DNA of 64,000 bases, from positions 10,068 through 74,067 of the forward strand of contig CAZLPF010000002.1 of the NCBI GenBank assembly GCA_964561365.1, written 5' to 3'. A program made the position numbers and the translations under genes. Shown one piece after another: positions 19,911 to 28,606 of the stretch. The stretch's first letter is position 1; each line of letters opens with the position of its first letter. This DNA is from an uncultured Candidatus Saccharibacteria bacterium. GTDB lineage: Bacteria > Patescibacteriota > Doudnabacteria > UBA920. Under the pieces are notes generated by a model, which was not told the DNA's origin, did no database searches, and saw only the letters and a list, made by a program, of their open reading frames with translations.

Positions 19911-20765
19911 TCATTGCACGAGGCGTAGGCCGACGCGGATCTCGTTTCCCCACTTCGGAATGAGGGGGCCGAGTGTTTGGTTGAAGGCGTGGCGGTACTG
20001 TACCTCGACGGCCACGCGTTCCCCAGCGGCGAATTGAATGCCGCCAATGCCCCACATCCGTTTCGCCGCGGTGCCCGGTATGGCACCGCGAACTTCTTCA
20101 TGGATGGACCCGTTCTGTTGGTACGTCCCGCCAAAGATGAGCGAAATTTCGCCACCCTCGAAACGCTTCAGTACCGGCTCAACGTCCGCGGTTCCGCGCC
20201 ACTCCTGTCCAAGGCGGAAACCTTCGTGGGTACCCGGGCGGCTGTAGCCGGCAATGAGGTTGGTAACCATTTTGCCGTTACCGTAGGAGTAGATGAGGTC
20301 TGCTCCCGGGCTCCAGCCCGGTGCCGTGAACTGAACCTGGTCGCGGACCGCCGGCTCCCAGAAGAAGAAGGTCGTAGGGTGGCCGCCGGCGAGGACGACT
20401 TTTGGCTCAACGGCCAGCCGGTGGTAGCGGCCGGGTTTTAGGAACGAAACGAAGTTCCACTTTACGCTGACCTCGGGGTTGCCGACGCCGACTTCGTGGA
20501 TTTGCCCGTTCGCCGTGGTAAAGCGCCCGGCCTCGAGCGAGGCGCGAAGCGTCACCGTGTTCGTGAGGCCTACCGCCGGCCCGAAGAAGATCGAGGTAGA
20601 CGAGATGTCCACCCCGCGGACCGAAAGCCGTTCGTGGCGGCCTTCGACGAGGACCATCCAGCGCCCAGGCAAAACTTCGCTCCGGGCGTTCGGGACCAGC
20701 AAGGATTCGGCGAAGGCCTTAGGAATCATAAAGCACCATAGCGTCGCGAGTAACGCGAGCTGCAT
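19911..20765 (-). CDS. Secreted beta-strand-rich protein, putative beta-barrel
   Basis: Signal peptide (AFA), alternating amphipathic strands, GVGNPEVSVKWNF; SD GGGAGG; promoter TTGCCA-17-TAACGT. Confidence 0.55.
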   Translation of the reverse strand: MQLALLATLWCFMIPKAFAESLLVPNARSEVLPGRWMVLVEGRHERLSVRGVDISSTSIFFGPAVGLTNTVTLRASLEAGRFTTANGQIHEVGVGNPEVSVKWNFVSFLKPGRYHRLAVEPKVVLAGGHPTTFFFWEPAVRDQVQFTAPGWSPGADLIYSYGNGKMVTNLIAGYSRPGTHEGFRLGQEWRGTADVEPVLKRFEGGEISLIFGGTYQQNGSIHEEVRGAIPGTAAKRMWGIGGIQFAAGERVAVEVQYRHAFNQTLGPLIPKWGNEIRVGLRLVQ

Positions 20766-20878
20766 TGTATTGTTCCTCCCATTTTTTGAAAACAAAGCGG
20801 ACCATTAGGTCCGCTGCGGGAGGAACGTTACCAATTTTTTTACCGTCTGGCAAGACCCCCAATTTTCGCCCCCCTTGC

Positions 20879-21340
20879 CTACGGAGATTTTTGGTTCCAT
20901 TTCGCGCCGAGCGGCCGGAGGTGCGCCGCAACTACGATCGCCGCGGCGATGATGACGAGGTTTTTGATGATGTACTGCCCCTCGAGGGTGGGCACTAGAA
21001 GTCCGCTCCAGGTGACCTGCGGCAGGAGGAACAGCGGCATGAAGGTCGTGATCATGTGCAGGAACAGCAGGGGAACAACCACGCGCTCGAAGCCCCGGAC
21101 CAGGAACATGAGCCCTATGGCGCACTCGAGCAGGGCAAACAGGAAGTAGAACGTTCCGAACGACATGAGCGGCACGGTCCGTTCGAACAGCTGCTGCACG
21201 AGCTCGCCCGCGGGGCTCAGGCCTATAAGCTTTAAGAGCCCGAACCAAAAGAAAATTACGAACAGCCCGAAGCGCGCCACCGGAACCGAAACCCGCTGGA
21301 AGAAGCGGATGAGGTGGAGGTCTATGTTTTTCAGTGACAT
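20879..21340 (-). CDS. DoxX/DUF417-like membrane protein
   Basis: RFGLFVIFFWFGLLK, LEGQYIIKNLV. Confidence 0.75.
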   Translation of the reverse strand: MSLKNIDLHLIRFFQRVSVPVARFGLFVIFFWFGLLKLIGLSPAGELVQQLFERTVPLMSFGTFYFLFALLECAIGLMFLVRGFERVVVPLLFLHMITTFMPLFLLPQVTWSGLLVPTLEGQYIIKNLVIIAAAIVVAAHLRPLGAKWNQKSP

Positions 21341-21403
21341 TTTTGTTTCGAAGTTCTTTTACTGAAAAGGAACAGGGCGATGCATTTAAAATGAGAACTA
21401 TGC

Positions 21404-21481
21404 TGGGGTGGGTAACCGGACTTGAACCGGCAACCTCTGCTTTCACAGAGCAGCGCTCTAACCAATTGAGCTATACCCACC
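21404..21481 (-). tRNA. tRNA-His(GUG) with encoded G-1
   Basis: G-GTGGGTA/TACCCAC-C-CCA, arm CTGCT-CTGTGAA-AGCAG. Confidence 0.93.
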
Positions 21482-21570
21482 ACGCGATCTTCCGAAGAAG
21501 TCTTCGAGATTGTACCGAAAAAGAGCCTTTCCGTCAATTCTAAGCCTGAAAAAGCCGCTATACTGACTTC

Positions 21571-22143
21571 ATGCCAACGTACGCTTTCGAGCAGGCCCCG
21601 GGTGGGTTCGGTGCCGCCCAGCTGTTCTCGACCATCGTTCCTATTGCGGTGGTGCTCGTTCTAGTCGCCGCAGGCATTTTTGCGGCGGCGTGGTGGTGGC
21701 GAAGGCAGCAGCGCTGGCTGCTGTTCCTGAACCACCAGGAGGTTCCCGAGGTCATTGCCCTGCTGCGCGGCTCCCAGTTCGAAACCTGGGTCGAGCAGCT
21801 GCTCCGCTCCGTCGGCATCCAGGCCACCCAGGTCGGGCAGCAGGGCGACCACGGTATAGACGTGGTGGCGACCTACCGCGGCAAGAAGGTCGGCATCCAG
21901 TGTAAAAAATTTCATGACAAACTGTACATTGGTGAATCAATCATCCGCGACCTTTACGGAGCACAGCGTCATTTCGGTTACGCAGCCGTAGTCCTTTTTA
22001 CTACCACAAATTTTTCTTATTCAGCGCGGCGGTGGGCAGAGGGCAAGCGAGACCTCGCGCTTGTGAATGGCTACGCGCTTGGTAAAATTGTTAAAGATCG
22101 ACGCCTCCTCATTGAGCTTTTCGATCGGTTAGTAGGCGCCTGA
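21571..22143 (+). CDS. Membrane-anchored Mrr-type restriction endonuclease domain protein
   Basis: N-terminal TM; FE..V..LL, GDHGIDVV, IQCKK, TTTNFSYSA. Confidence 0.8.
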   Translation: MPTYAFEQAPGGFGAAQLFSTIVPIAVVLVLVAAGIFAAAWWWRRQQRWLLFLNHQEVPEVIALLRGSQFETWVEQLLRSVGIQATQVGQQGDHGIDVVATYRGKKVGIQCKKFHDKLYIGESIIRDLYGAQRHFGYAAVVLFTTTNFSYSARRWAEGKRDLALVNGYALGKIVKDRRLLIELFDRLVGA

Positions 22144-22146
22144 CTG

Positions 22147-22806
22147 CTAGCGCAGTTCGCCAATAACCTGTGCCGCGTCGAGCCAGCCGGAGAGCTGGCT
22201 CTTTTGCTGGACGTAGCCGGCGAGCACCACGCTGCTGCCTGCATGGACGGCGAGGTGCAGGTGCTTGCGCTCGCCGGCCGTTTCGCTCGAGTAGCCGGTG
22301 CCCAAAATCCCTACCGCATCACCGCGCGAGATGGCATCGCCGATTTTTAGATTGATGCTCGAAAGCCGGAGGTGGCCGTAGAGTACGGTAACTGCCTGAC
22401 CGTCCCGCTCGCAGCTCTGCACGAGCACACCGCCGTAGCCGGAGACCGTCCGGGCGAGCAGCACCGTGCCGCTGCAGATCGCGCGGACAGCTACATCCGC
22501 AGCCGCTTCTTCCGGGAACGCTTCGTAGTCCGTGCCGGTGTGGTAGCCGCTGAAGCGCTCGGGCTGTACCGGCGACGTTTTTTTATCTATAAAAATCCCG
22601 AACGGTTTTTTGGTAATGCGTTCACCGGCCCGGTCGAGGGGAATTGGGGATCCGTTCGCGGGTTGAGGGGTTACGGCCTGGGTCGCGGTAGGTGGCGCCG
22701 GCGAGCTTGGCCTGACGGGTTTGGTCGGTTTCGGGTCCGAAGAAAAAGGTCCGGCGCACGAGGCCGCGAGCAGGCAAACCGATAGCATTAGGAACGTTCG
22801 TTTCAT
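22147..22806 (-). CDS. M23 family peptidase, lipoprotein
   Basis: Lipobox LAASC; HTGTD, YGHL, HLH. Confidence 0.85.
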   Translation of the reverse strand: MKRTFLMLSVCLLAASCAGPFSSDPKPTKPVRPSSPAPPTATQAVTPQPANGSPIPLDRAGERITKKPFGIFIDKKTSPVQPERFSGYHTGTDYEAFPEEAAADVAVRAICSGTVLLARTVSGYGGVLVQSCERDGQAVTVLYGHLRLSSINLKIGDAISRGDAVGILGTGYSSETAGERKHLHLAVHAGSSVVLAGYVQQKSQLSGWLDAAQVIGELR

Positions 22807-22841
22807 GCTGTAATCGTAGCACCCATAGGGTTCTGAAAACA

Positions 22842-22874
22842 GAAAGCCGCCCCACACCTTGCGGGACGGCTTTT
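22842..22874 (-). terminator. Intrinsic terminator of the 22897-24273 gene
   Basis: AAAGCCG..CGGCTTT imperfect hairpin. Confidence 0.5.
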
Positions 22875-22896
22875 CGTTGTAGTCAGCGTAGGCACC

Positions 22897-24273
22897 TTAG
22901 TGCCCGAAAGCGATTTTGAAATTGATGATCATGCGAGCCCGGAACATCCAGTCACCGGCAAAGGTACGGAAAGCTCCGGCTTCGAGCATCAGCTTCTTGT
23001 GCGTGTCCGGCCATAGGCCGAACGTGGGGCCGTGGTAGCCGCTCGCAGCTTGCCCGAAGGGTTTAGCTACGAACGTTTCTTCTCCAACGGCGATGCGGCG
23101 GTGAAGGTAGACCAGTATCTGGTGGTTTTCCTTCAGTCCATGGGTAGTGCGACCGCTGCCGAATTCGTGGAAAGCTTCGGCAACCGGCATGGCGACTTCA
23201 ACCTTCGGCACTCGTTTCGTCGGCGGCCTTGCCCAGTACGCCTGGGCACCTTCTCCAACGGCCGTGGTTCCCGAGCTGCTCGGAGAAACGCTGCCGGCGG
23301 CAAAGATTTGGAAGCCCCAGCGGTTCAGCACTTCGGGTCCGGCAGCGTAGCGGCCGTTGAAGGCCTTGCCGGTTTTGATGCTGATAACGTCCGCCACCCA
23401 CCTCTTCGGCAGGAGCGTGAAGCGCACGAACTGCTGTGTCTGTCCGAGCACACCAACCTTGTCGCTCATGCGCACGTCAATCTGAGCGGCGACTTCGCGG
23501 GTGGTTTTGGGATTGGGAACCCCCGTGTCTTGAGCCATAACCTTCACCGCACCCATCCCGCAGACCGATATAGTCGCCGACAGAGCGTAGCGAATGGCAA
23601 ACATGGCTCGCCTCGTCTGCTCGTAGATCGTCCCGTTTGGATAACAGAAGATCATGAACGGCCAAAAAACGGCTGCGTAGAGCGGACGCCAGAGGCAGAG
23701 CAGTTCGAGCCGGAGCGATAGCTGCTCCTCCTGCAAAATGCGCAGAAGGAAAAACATAAACGCAGCCGGAATCGAAAGCAGGTAGAACAGCCTCACGTTC
23801 CGCCACTGAATGCTGTTCTCTTCGTCCCTTGCCGCCGCGTTGTGCCGGTACGGCCCCGGGTGCGTCTTGGTGTAGCGTTGGGTTGCTTCAGCAACCGCGC
23901 GGTAGCCAAATTTGTCTTGGTAGACGTTGGTTATGCTTCCCGCGCTGCCGAACAGTTCGAGCTTCTGGGACATGCGCATGAACGTGTTGATGTCGCCGTT
24001 GTCGCCCCATTCTTTTAGCCCGCGCCTGCAGGCCAGGTCGAGCGTCGCACTTTCGTAGAGAGCGAGTGCGTGACCTTCGGGAGTGCTTGGGTTATGTAGG
24101 CTCGCGTAGAGCGCGTCAACCCGGCGCTCTAATTCGGCTGCGGACATCTTGGGGTAGTCCAGCCACTCGGCTGGGCCCGTGAACTGCTCTTTCATCGAAA
24201 ACCATGAAATGATCATGGTGACGACAATAAGCAGCTGCGTGGCACGGATGCACCACCTCTCGCTGACTGTCAT
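22897..24273 (-). CDS. Hypothetical membrane protein with beta-rich C-terminal domain
   Basis: Long ORF, SD AAGGAGG, several TMs then strand-like segments. Confidence 0.65.
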   Translation of the reverse strand: MTVSERWCIRATQLLIVVTMIISWFSMKEQFTGPAEWLDYPKMSAAELERRVDALYASLHNPSTPEGHALALYESATLDLACRRGLKEWGDNGDINTFMRMSQKLELFGSAGSITNVYQDKFGYRAVAEATQRYTKTHPGPYRHNAAARDEENSIQWRNVRLFYLLSIPAAFMFFLLRILQEEQLSLRLELLCLWRPLYAAVFWPFMIFCYPNGTIYEQTRRAMFAIRYALSATISVCGMGAVKVMAQDTGVPNPKTTREVAAQIDVRMSDKVGVLGQTQQFVRFTLLPKRWVADVISIKTGKAFNGRYAAGPEVLNRWGFQIFAAGSVSPSSSGTTAVGEGAQAYWARPPTKRVPKVEVAMPVAEAFHEFGSGRTTHGLKENHQILVYLHRRIAVGEETFVAKPFGQAASGYHGPTFGLWPDTHKKLMLEAGAFRTFAGDWMFRARMIINFKIAFGH

Positions 24274-24329
24274 TACACAGTCCTCCTTCGCTATGGTCCG
24301 CCGTTTCAAAGGTCAGCGGGTAGCTTTTT

Positions 24330-24358
24330 ATTATAGTATGAAAAAGGTTATTTGTCAA
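24330..24358 (-). promoter_or_regulatory. Consensus sigma70 promoter
   Basis: Perfect TTGACA-17-TATAAT on minus strand. Confidence 0.8.
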
Positions 24359-24418
24359 AGACCAAGATAAACAAAAACCCCCTTATTTCAAAAGAAACAG
24401 AGGGTATTTGAAATGGCG

Positions 24419-25222
24419 CTACCTGGAAACGATCATGGCTATCTTTATTGACGTGTCCGTGGTGCCGCGGGCGTGGTCCCAGTCGGCCGCCGCGCCGTAG
24501 AGCGTTTGGAACGGGTAGGGGTAGTTCTGTCCGCGCCGCGTGCCGGGGTCGTTCGTCACGAAGTCGCCGGTAACCGTGTAGCCGCGGAGCACGAGCATGT
24601 GGTGAATGGGCCCGGGCTGCTTGTAGTAGGGGTTGCCGAGCAGCCGACCGTTCGTGGAAATGAGCACAAGCTTGCCGGCGGCGAGCGCGGTTTTGAGGTC
24701 GGATTCTGAAAAGTTTTCTTTCAGCTCCACGGTCAGGCCGTAGTTCTCCCGGATCATGCGCGCGGTTTCCGCCACCGTCGTGTCCAGGTGGTAGCCGAAC
24801 GCGGACTGCTCCCAGGCGGCGAGCGCGGAAAGACCTCGCTCGACTTCGTCTGCAGCCAGGGTAGCCGAGCGGTTGCCGCGGAAGTACTCGTTCGCCATGA
24901 GCGCGGAGGCTTCTTCGCAGGCTTCGTTGTGGAATTCATCCCAGTTCCCGGTCGGCGCCTGGGAGGTGAAGGGAACCGAGAGGAGCACCCGGTCGTCCGT
25001 GTTCGGAGCGGGCGCTGGCGGCGTTTGCGCCGTGCTGCCGGTGGCCTTCTGGGGCGCCTTGATCGGCGCGGCGGTTGCCGTGCCTGCTGCCGGCGCGGTG
25101 TGGCGGGGGAGCGGCGTGGGGGCAACGTCAGGGTAGCGTGAGCCGAGCGTAAACAGCGCGGCGGCTGTGATGCCGGCGGCGAGGGTCAGGAACCAAAGAA
25201 TTATTTTTCGGCCGCGATTCAT
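24419..25222 (-). CDS. C39-like peptidase with N-terminal membrane anchor
   Basis: VPFTSQAP, ACEEAS (Cys), HMLVLRGY (His), NDPG (Asp). Confidence 0.8.
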   Translation of the reverse strand: MNRGRKIILWFLTLAAGITAAALFTLGSRYPDVAPTPLPRHTAPAAGTATAAPIKAPQKATGSTAQTPPAPAPNTDDRVLLSVPFTSQAPTGNWDEFHNEACEEASALMANEYFRGNRSATLAADEVERGLSALAAWEQSAFGYHLDTTVAETARMIRENYGLTVELKENFSESDLKTALAAGKLVLISTNGRLLGNPYYKQPGPIHHMLVLRGYTVTGDFVTNDPGTRRGQNYPYPFQTLYGAAADWDHARGTTDTSIKIAMIVSR

Positions 25223-25229
25223 GCGATTG

Positions 25230-25922
25230 TTACCCCTTCATGATGGCTTCTCTGGCTACCTCGCGGTACTGGCCGGGCGCGAGGTCTTTCGGGAGCTCGA
25301 GCGAACCGATGCGGATTCGCTTCAGATTTTTTACCGACAACCCGACGGTCTCGAACATGCGCCGGATTTGGCGCTTCTTGCCTTCGTGGATGGTGATGTA
25401 GACGTTACCGTTCCGCGTTCTGACCTTCGCCGGGTACGTGGTGCCCGTCGGGAGTTCGACGCCGGTTCGGAGCGTGTCGAGCTGCCGGTCGCTCGGCGCC
25501 TCCCGCGTAACCACCTCGTACTCCTTGTCGTGCTCGAACGACGGGTGGGCGAGCTGCTGGGTCAGGTCGCCGTCGTTCGTCATAACGAGCAGGCCCTCGG
25601 TGTCGTAGTCGAGCCGCCCGACGTTCCAGACCTGGCGCTGGAACTGCTCGGGCAGCAGCTGGTAGACGGTCTTGCGGCCTTCGGGGTCCCGCCTTGAAAC
25701 GACGTACCCCTTCGGTTTGTTCAGGATAATGTAGAGGTTCGCGCTTTTGGCCTTGATGATCTTTCCGTAGACTTTTACGACGTCTTTTTTCGGGTCGACC
25801 TTGTCGCCGAGTCCGGCCTTTTTACCGTTAATTTGAACCTGGCCCGAGCGGATGAACTGCTCTGCCTGGCGGCGCGACGCCACCCCGGCGGCGCTCAAAA
25901 ATTTCTGTACCCGTTCTAGCAT
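25230..25922 (-). CDS. rRNA pseudouridine synthase (RsuA/RluB family)
   Basis: S4 domain GVASRR, VGRLDYDTEGLL, EGKKRQIRRM. Confidence 0.93.
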   Translation of the reverse strand: MLERVQKFLSAAGVASRRQAEQFIRSGQVQINGKKAGLGDKVDPKKDVVKVYGKIIKAKSANLYIILNKPKGYVVSRRDPEGRKTVYQLLPEQFQRQVWNVGRLDYDTEGLLVMTNDGDLTQQLAHPSFEHDKEYEVVTREAPSDRQLDTLRTGVELPTGTTYPAKVRTRNGNVYITIHEGKKRQIRRMFETVGLSVKNLKRIRIGSLELPKDLAPGQYREVAREAIMKG

Positions 25923-25946
25923 AGCTCTAAGTATAGGGCCCGGAGC

Positions 25947-25975
25947 TTGAAAAAACTAGGAAGGTATGCTAAATT
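25947..25975 (+). promoter_or_regulatory. Promoter of the tRNA-Arg cluster
   Basis: TTGAAA-17-TAAATT with extended TG. Confidence 0.55.
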
Positions 25976-25997
25976 GCGTCAGCTGTCTTTTGTGCAG

Positions 25998-26113
25998 CCC
26001 TGGTCTTCCAAGTGCAGTTCGCGGTCCCGGCTGTACCGGGGACGCAAACACAAAACTGGAAGGGGAGGCCGGGAAGGGGAAACCTTGAGCGAAGCGAAAG
26101 GTGTCCCCTCACG
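25998..26113 (+). repeat. Structured element A upstream of tRNA-Arg(GCG)
   Basis: TGGAAGGGGAG..AGGGGAAACC..GGTGTCCCCT, shared with 26367-26479. Confidence 0.65.
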
Positions 26114-26122
26114 AATTGTTTT

Positions 26123-26199
<77 letters not shown>

Positions 26200-26250
26200 G
26201 CATGGGCCATGCAACGATGCGGCTTTCGTGTGCTGAAAGACTTCAGCCCA

Positions 26251-26318
26251 CTTCAGCCTTCCCGTTGCTGTCCCACTTCCCCACGAACCCCCTTATCGGG
26301 TCTTCGTGGGGACCCCGG
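26251..26318. repeat. Single GGGGACCCC hairpin repeat downstream of tRNA-Arg(GCG)
   Basis: CCCCACGAACCC..GGGTCTTCGTGGGGACCCCG. Confidence 0.8.
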
Positions 26319-26338
26319 AGAATATTGGATCAAGAAGC

Positions 26339-26361
26339 AATCCGCCGAAGGCGGATTTTTT
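26339..26361 (+). terminator. Terminator-like hairpin
   Basis: AATCCGCC-gaa-GGCGGATT followed by T run. Confidence 0.65.
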
Positions 26362-26366
26362 GCTAG

Positions 26367-26479
26367 ACTGGCTTCAGTTCTTTTGTTTCCAAGCGCGGCT
26401 TCGCCGCTTTGGAAACTCAACATGGAAGGGGAGCCCGCGAGGGGAAACCACGAGGCTTTCCGAGTGGTGTCACTTCGCG
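26367..26479 (+). repeat. Structured element B upstream of tRNA-Arg(UCU)
   Basis: TGGAAGGGGAG..AGGGGAAACC..GGTGTCACTT, paralogous to element A. Confidence 0.65.
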
Positions 26480-26489
26480 AGGCATTTGT

Positions 26490-26565
26490 GGGCCCGTAGC
26501 TCAGTTGGAAGAGCAAGGGACTTCTAAGCCCGAGGTCGCAGGTTCGATTCCTGCCGGGCCCACCA
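26490..26565 (+). tRNA. tRNA-Arg(UCU)
   Basis: GGGCCCG/CGGGCCC, loop CTTCTAA, TTCGATT, ACCA end; anticodon stem has two A-G mismatches. Confidence 0.88.
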
Positions 26566-26612
26566 CGGGTCATCGAAAGCTACCGCTTACGTATTTCGCC
26601 TCCGGCGAATTA

Positions 26613-26824
26613 CTTCAGCTTCCGCTTTCATGCCCCTTTACCCCAAAAACCTCTTCGATCTTTTTGGGGACCCCGAGGGAACGTTCGGAACAGCTTCTAG
26701 GATGTTTCCCCTTACCCCACGAACCCCTCCGGGTCTTCGTGGGGACCCCGAGGGAACATGAGAACAGTTGTCATGGCCCTTTACCCCAAACTTCCTCCGT
26801 AGCTTTTGGGGACCCTTGGGGAAC
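26613..26824. repeat. Array of 3 structured hairpin repeats downstream of tRNA-Arg(UCU)
   Basis: GGGGACCC(C/T) at 26666, 26741, 26808, each preceded by CTT(T)ACCCC and followed by GGGAAC. Confidence 0.85.
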
Positions 26825-27089
26825 AATCGAAGTTGTTTTCAGCAGTTTGTCCGTATTATCCAAAAATATAGGTAACGTAAAATATCAAATATTTTGAGAA
26901 AAAGTTTTCCCTTACGCGAGGGGAATTTTATTTTATCCACCGCGAACGCACAGGAAACGCACACTTTTTTGTTTGACACGCAAACGAAAATGCGATAAAA
27001 ATTTAGTAGAGGCATTCTCTGCAGATTCCAATCCAGACTCAGCATTAATCCGCCGGTCCGAGGCGGGTAGATGAGGGGAGGTGAGAAAC

Positions 27090-27266
27090 ATGCAGAACCT
27101 CTTCATGTACCGCTGCGAAGTCTGCGGGTACGCGAGGCAGAAGCCGGGGACCTGTCCGTTCTGTGAGCTGACGCTGGTCGATTACGACCGCGAAGCCCAG
27201 CGCGAGTACCAGGTCGACATGGAAGAAGCCATGCGCACCATGCGTGAACTCCAGTGGTATATCTAG
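27090..27266 (+). CDS. Small zinc-ribbon/rubredoxin-like protein
   Basis: YRCEVCG..GTCPFC; SD GGAGG; upstream promoter TTGACA-17-TAAAAT. Confidence 0.7.
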   Translation: MQNLFMYRCEVCGYARQKPGTCPFCELTLVDYDREAQREYQVDMEEAMRTMRELQWYI

Positions 27267-27350
27267 GGCCGGTTCGAGGGCACACACCGACAGCCGCACC
27301 GCTGCCAGGGTTGAACAGATCAATATTAGTCACCGATGATCAGGTCGTCC

Positions 27351-27387
27351 TGAAAATCCCACGCTTGTTCAAGGCGTGGGATTTTCA
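27351..27387. terminator. Bidirectional terminator
   Basis: TGAAAATCCCACGC..GCGTGGGATTTTCA. Confidence 0.8.
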
Positions 27388-27560
27388 TAAACACGAAAGG
27401 ACAAACTGCGTTTTTCCTTTCGTGAACTATCCTTTTCCTTACTTCGTTTCGCTCGGCCGGGAGTAAATACCGCCCGCGCGAAAGATTGCCGAAAACCTAA
27501 TCCCCACAACCAAGCCCCTAGCCTTCCCTAAACGCTACCCGCCTTACGCTAAACGCTAAC

Positions 27561-28559
27561 TCATTTTTTCCCGTGGAAGCGTTCGTGGATTTCCCGCAGG
27601 CCCTTGTTCGTTACGTGGGTGTAGAGCTGGGTCGTGGTAATGCTCGCGTGGCCGAGCAGGCTCTGCACCGAGCGGATGTCCGCGCCGTTCTGCAGCAGGT
27701 CCGTGGCGAAGCTGTGCCGGAGCGTGTGCGGCGAGACCTTTTTGACGATACCCGCTACCTGGCAATACTTCTTGACCGTGCGCTGGACCGAGCGGGGCGT
27801 GAGGCCGGCGTTCGTCTGCTTTTCCTCATCGCGTTCGCCTTTTTTGTAGCCCTGGGACTCGATTTCACGCTCAATGCCGCCCGTTCCCACCGTGGAGTGC
27901 GCCACGAACAGGGCCTGGCTCGCGTCCGTCCGCTTTTTTAGGTACTGCCTCACGGCTTTTGAAGCTTCCGGGGAAATGAACACGATGCGGAGCTTGTCGC
28001 CCTTGCCGCGGACCGTGAACTCGCCGCGGTCGAGGTTCACGTTATTTTTTTTCAGGTGGCAGAGCTCGGAAACGCGCAGGCCGGTGGAGAAGAGGAGCTC
28101 CAAAATGGCCCGGTCCCGCAGGCGTAAGATCTCGTCATCTTCTTGTTCCGTGGCCTTGAACAGCCGCTCGAGCTCGTCTTGTTCTAGGAACTCAACCTGC
28201 CGCGCCGGGTTCTTCGGCAGCTCGACCTTTTCGGGCGCGAGCGTCTCGTGGTCCATTTTGCGGAGGTACTTCAGGAACGCCCGGAGCGCAATGAGGTGGA
28301 AGTTCTGCGTGACCATTTTGAGCGGCCGCCCGTCCGGGGTTTCGAGGCGGTTCAAAAAGAGGCGGTAGCGCTTCACGAAGTCGAGCGAAATCTGCTCGGG
28401 CTTCGTAACGCCGGCGCTCTCGGCGAACCTCACGAGGCGGCCGAGGAACCTGCTATAGTTTTCAACGGTGTTGCGGCTCTGGTTCTTACCGATCTCGCAG
28501 AACTCGAGAAAGTCGTTGACCGCGCGCTTCAGGGCCGAGAACTGTTTCTGTTTCTGCAC
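27561..28559 (-). CDS. XerC/XerD-family tyrosine recombinase
   Basis: RDRAILELLFSTGLRVSE, GKGDK, HTLRHSFAT, LLGH..ITTTQLYTH; no integron-integrase insertion seen. Confidence 0.92.
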   Translation of the reverse strand: MQKQKQFSALKRAVNDFLEFCEIGKNQSRNTVENYSRFLGRLVRFAESAGVTKPEQISLDFVKRYRLFLNRLETPDGRPLKMVTQNFHLIALRAFLKYLRKMDHETLAPEKVELPKNPARQVEFLEQDELERLFKATEQEDDEILRLRDRAILELLFSTGLRVSELCHLKKNNVNLDRGEFTVRGKGDKLRIVFISPEASKAVRQYLKKRTDASQALFVAHSTVGTGGIEREIESQGYKKGERDEEKQTNAGLTPRSVQRTVKKYCQVAGIVKKVSPHTLRHSFATDLLQNGADIRSVQSLLGHASITTTQLYTHVTNKGLREIHERFHGKK

Positions 28560-28606
28560 GTCGTAATAATTTACCGTTTTGCGACACGGTCAGTATACAC
28601 GCCCCC

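Noticed and set aside
25998-26113. T-box riboswitch
   Set aside because: No GGTGGNACC T-box sequence or specifier-loop motifs
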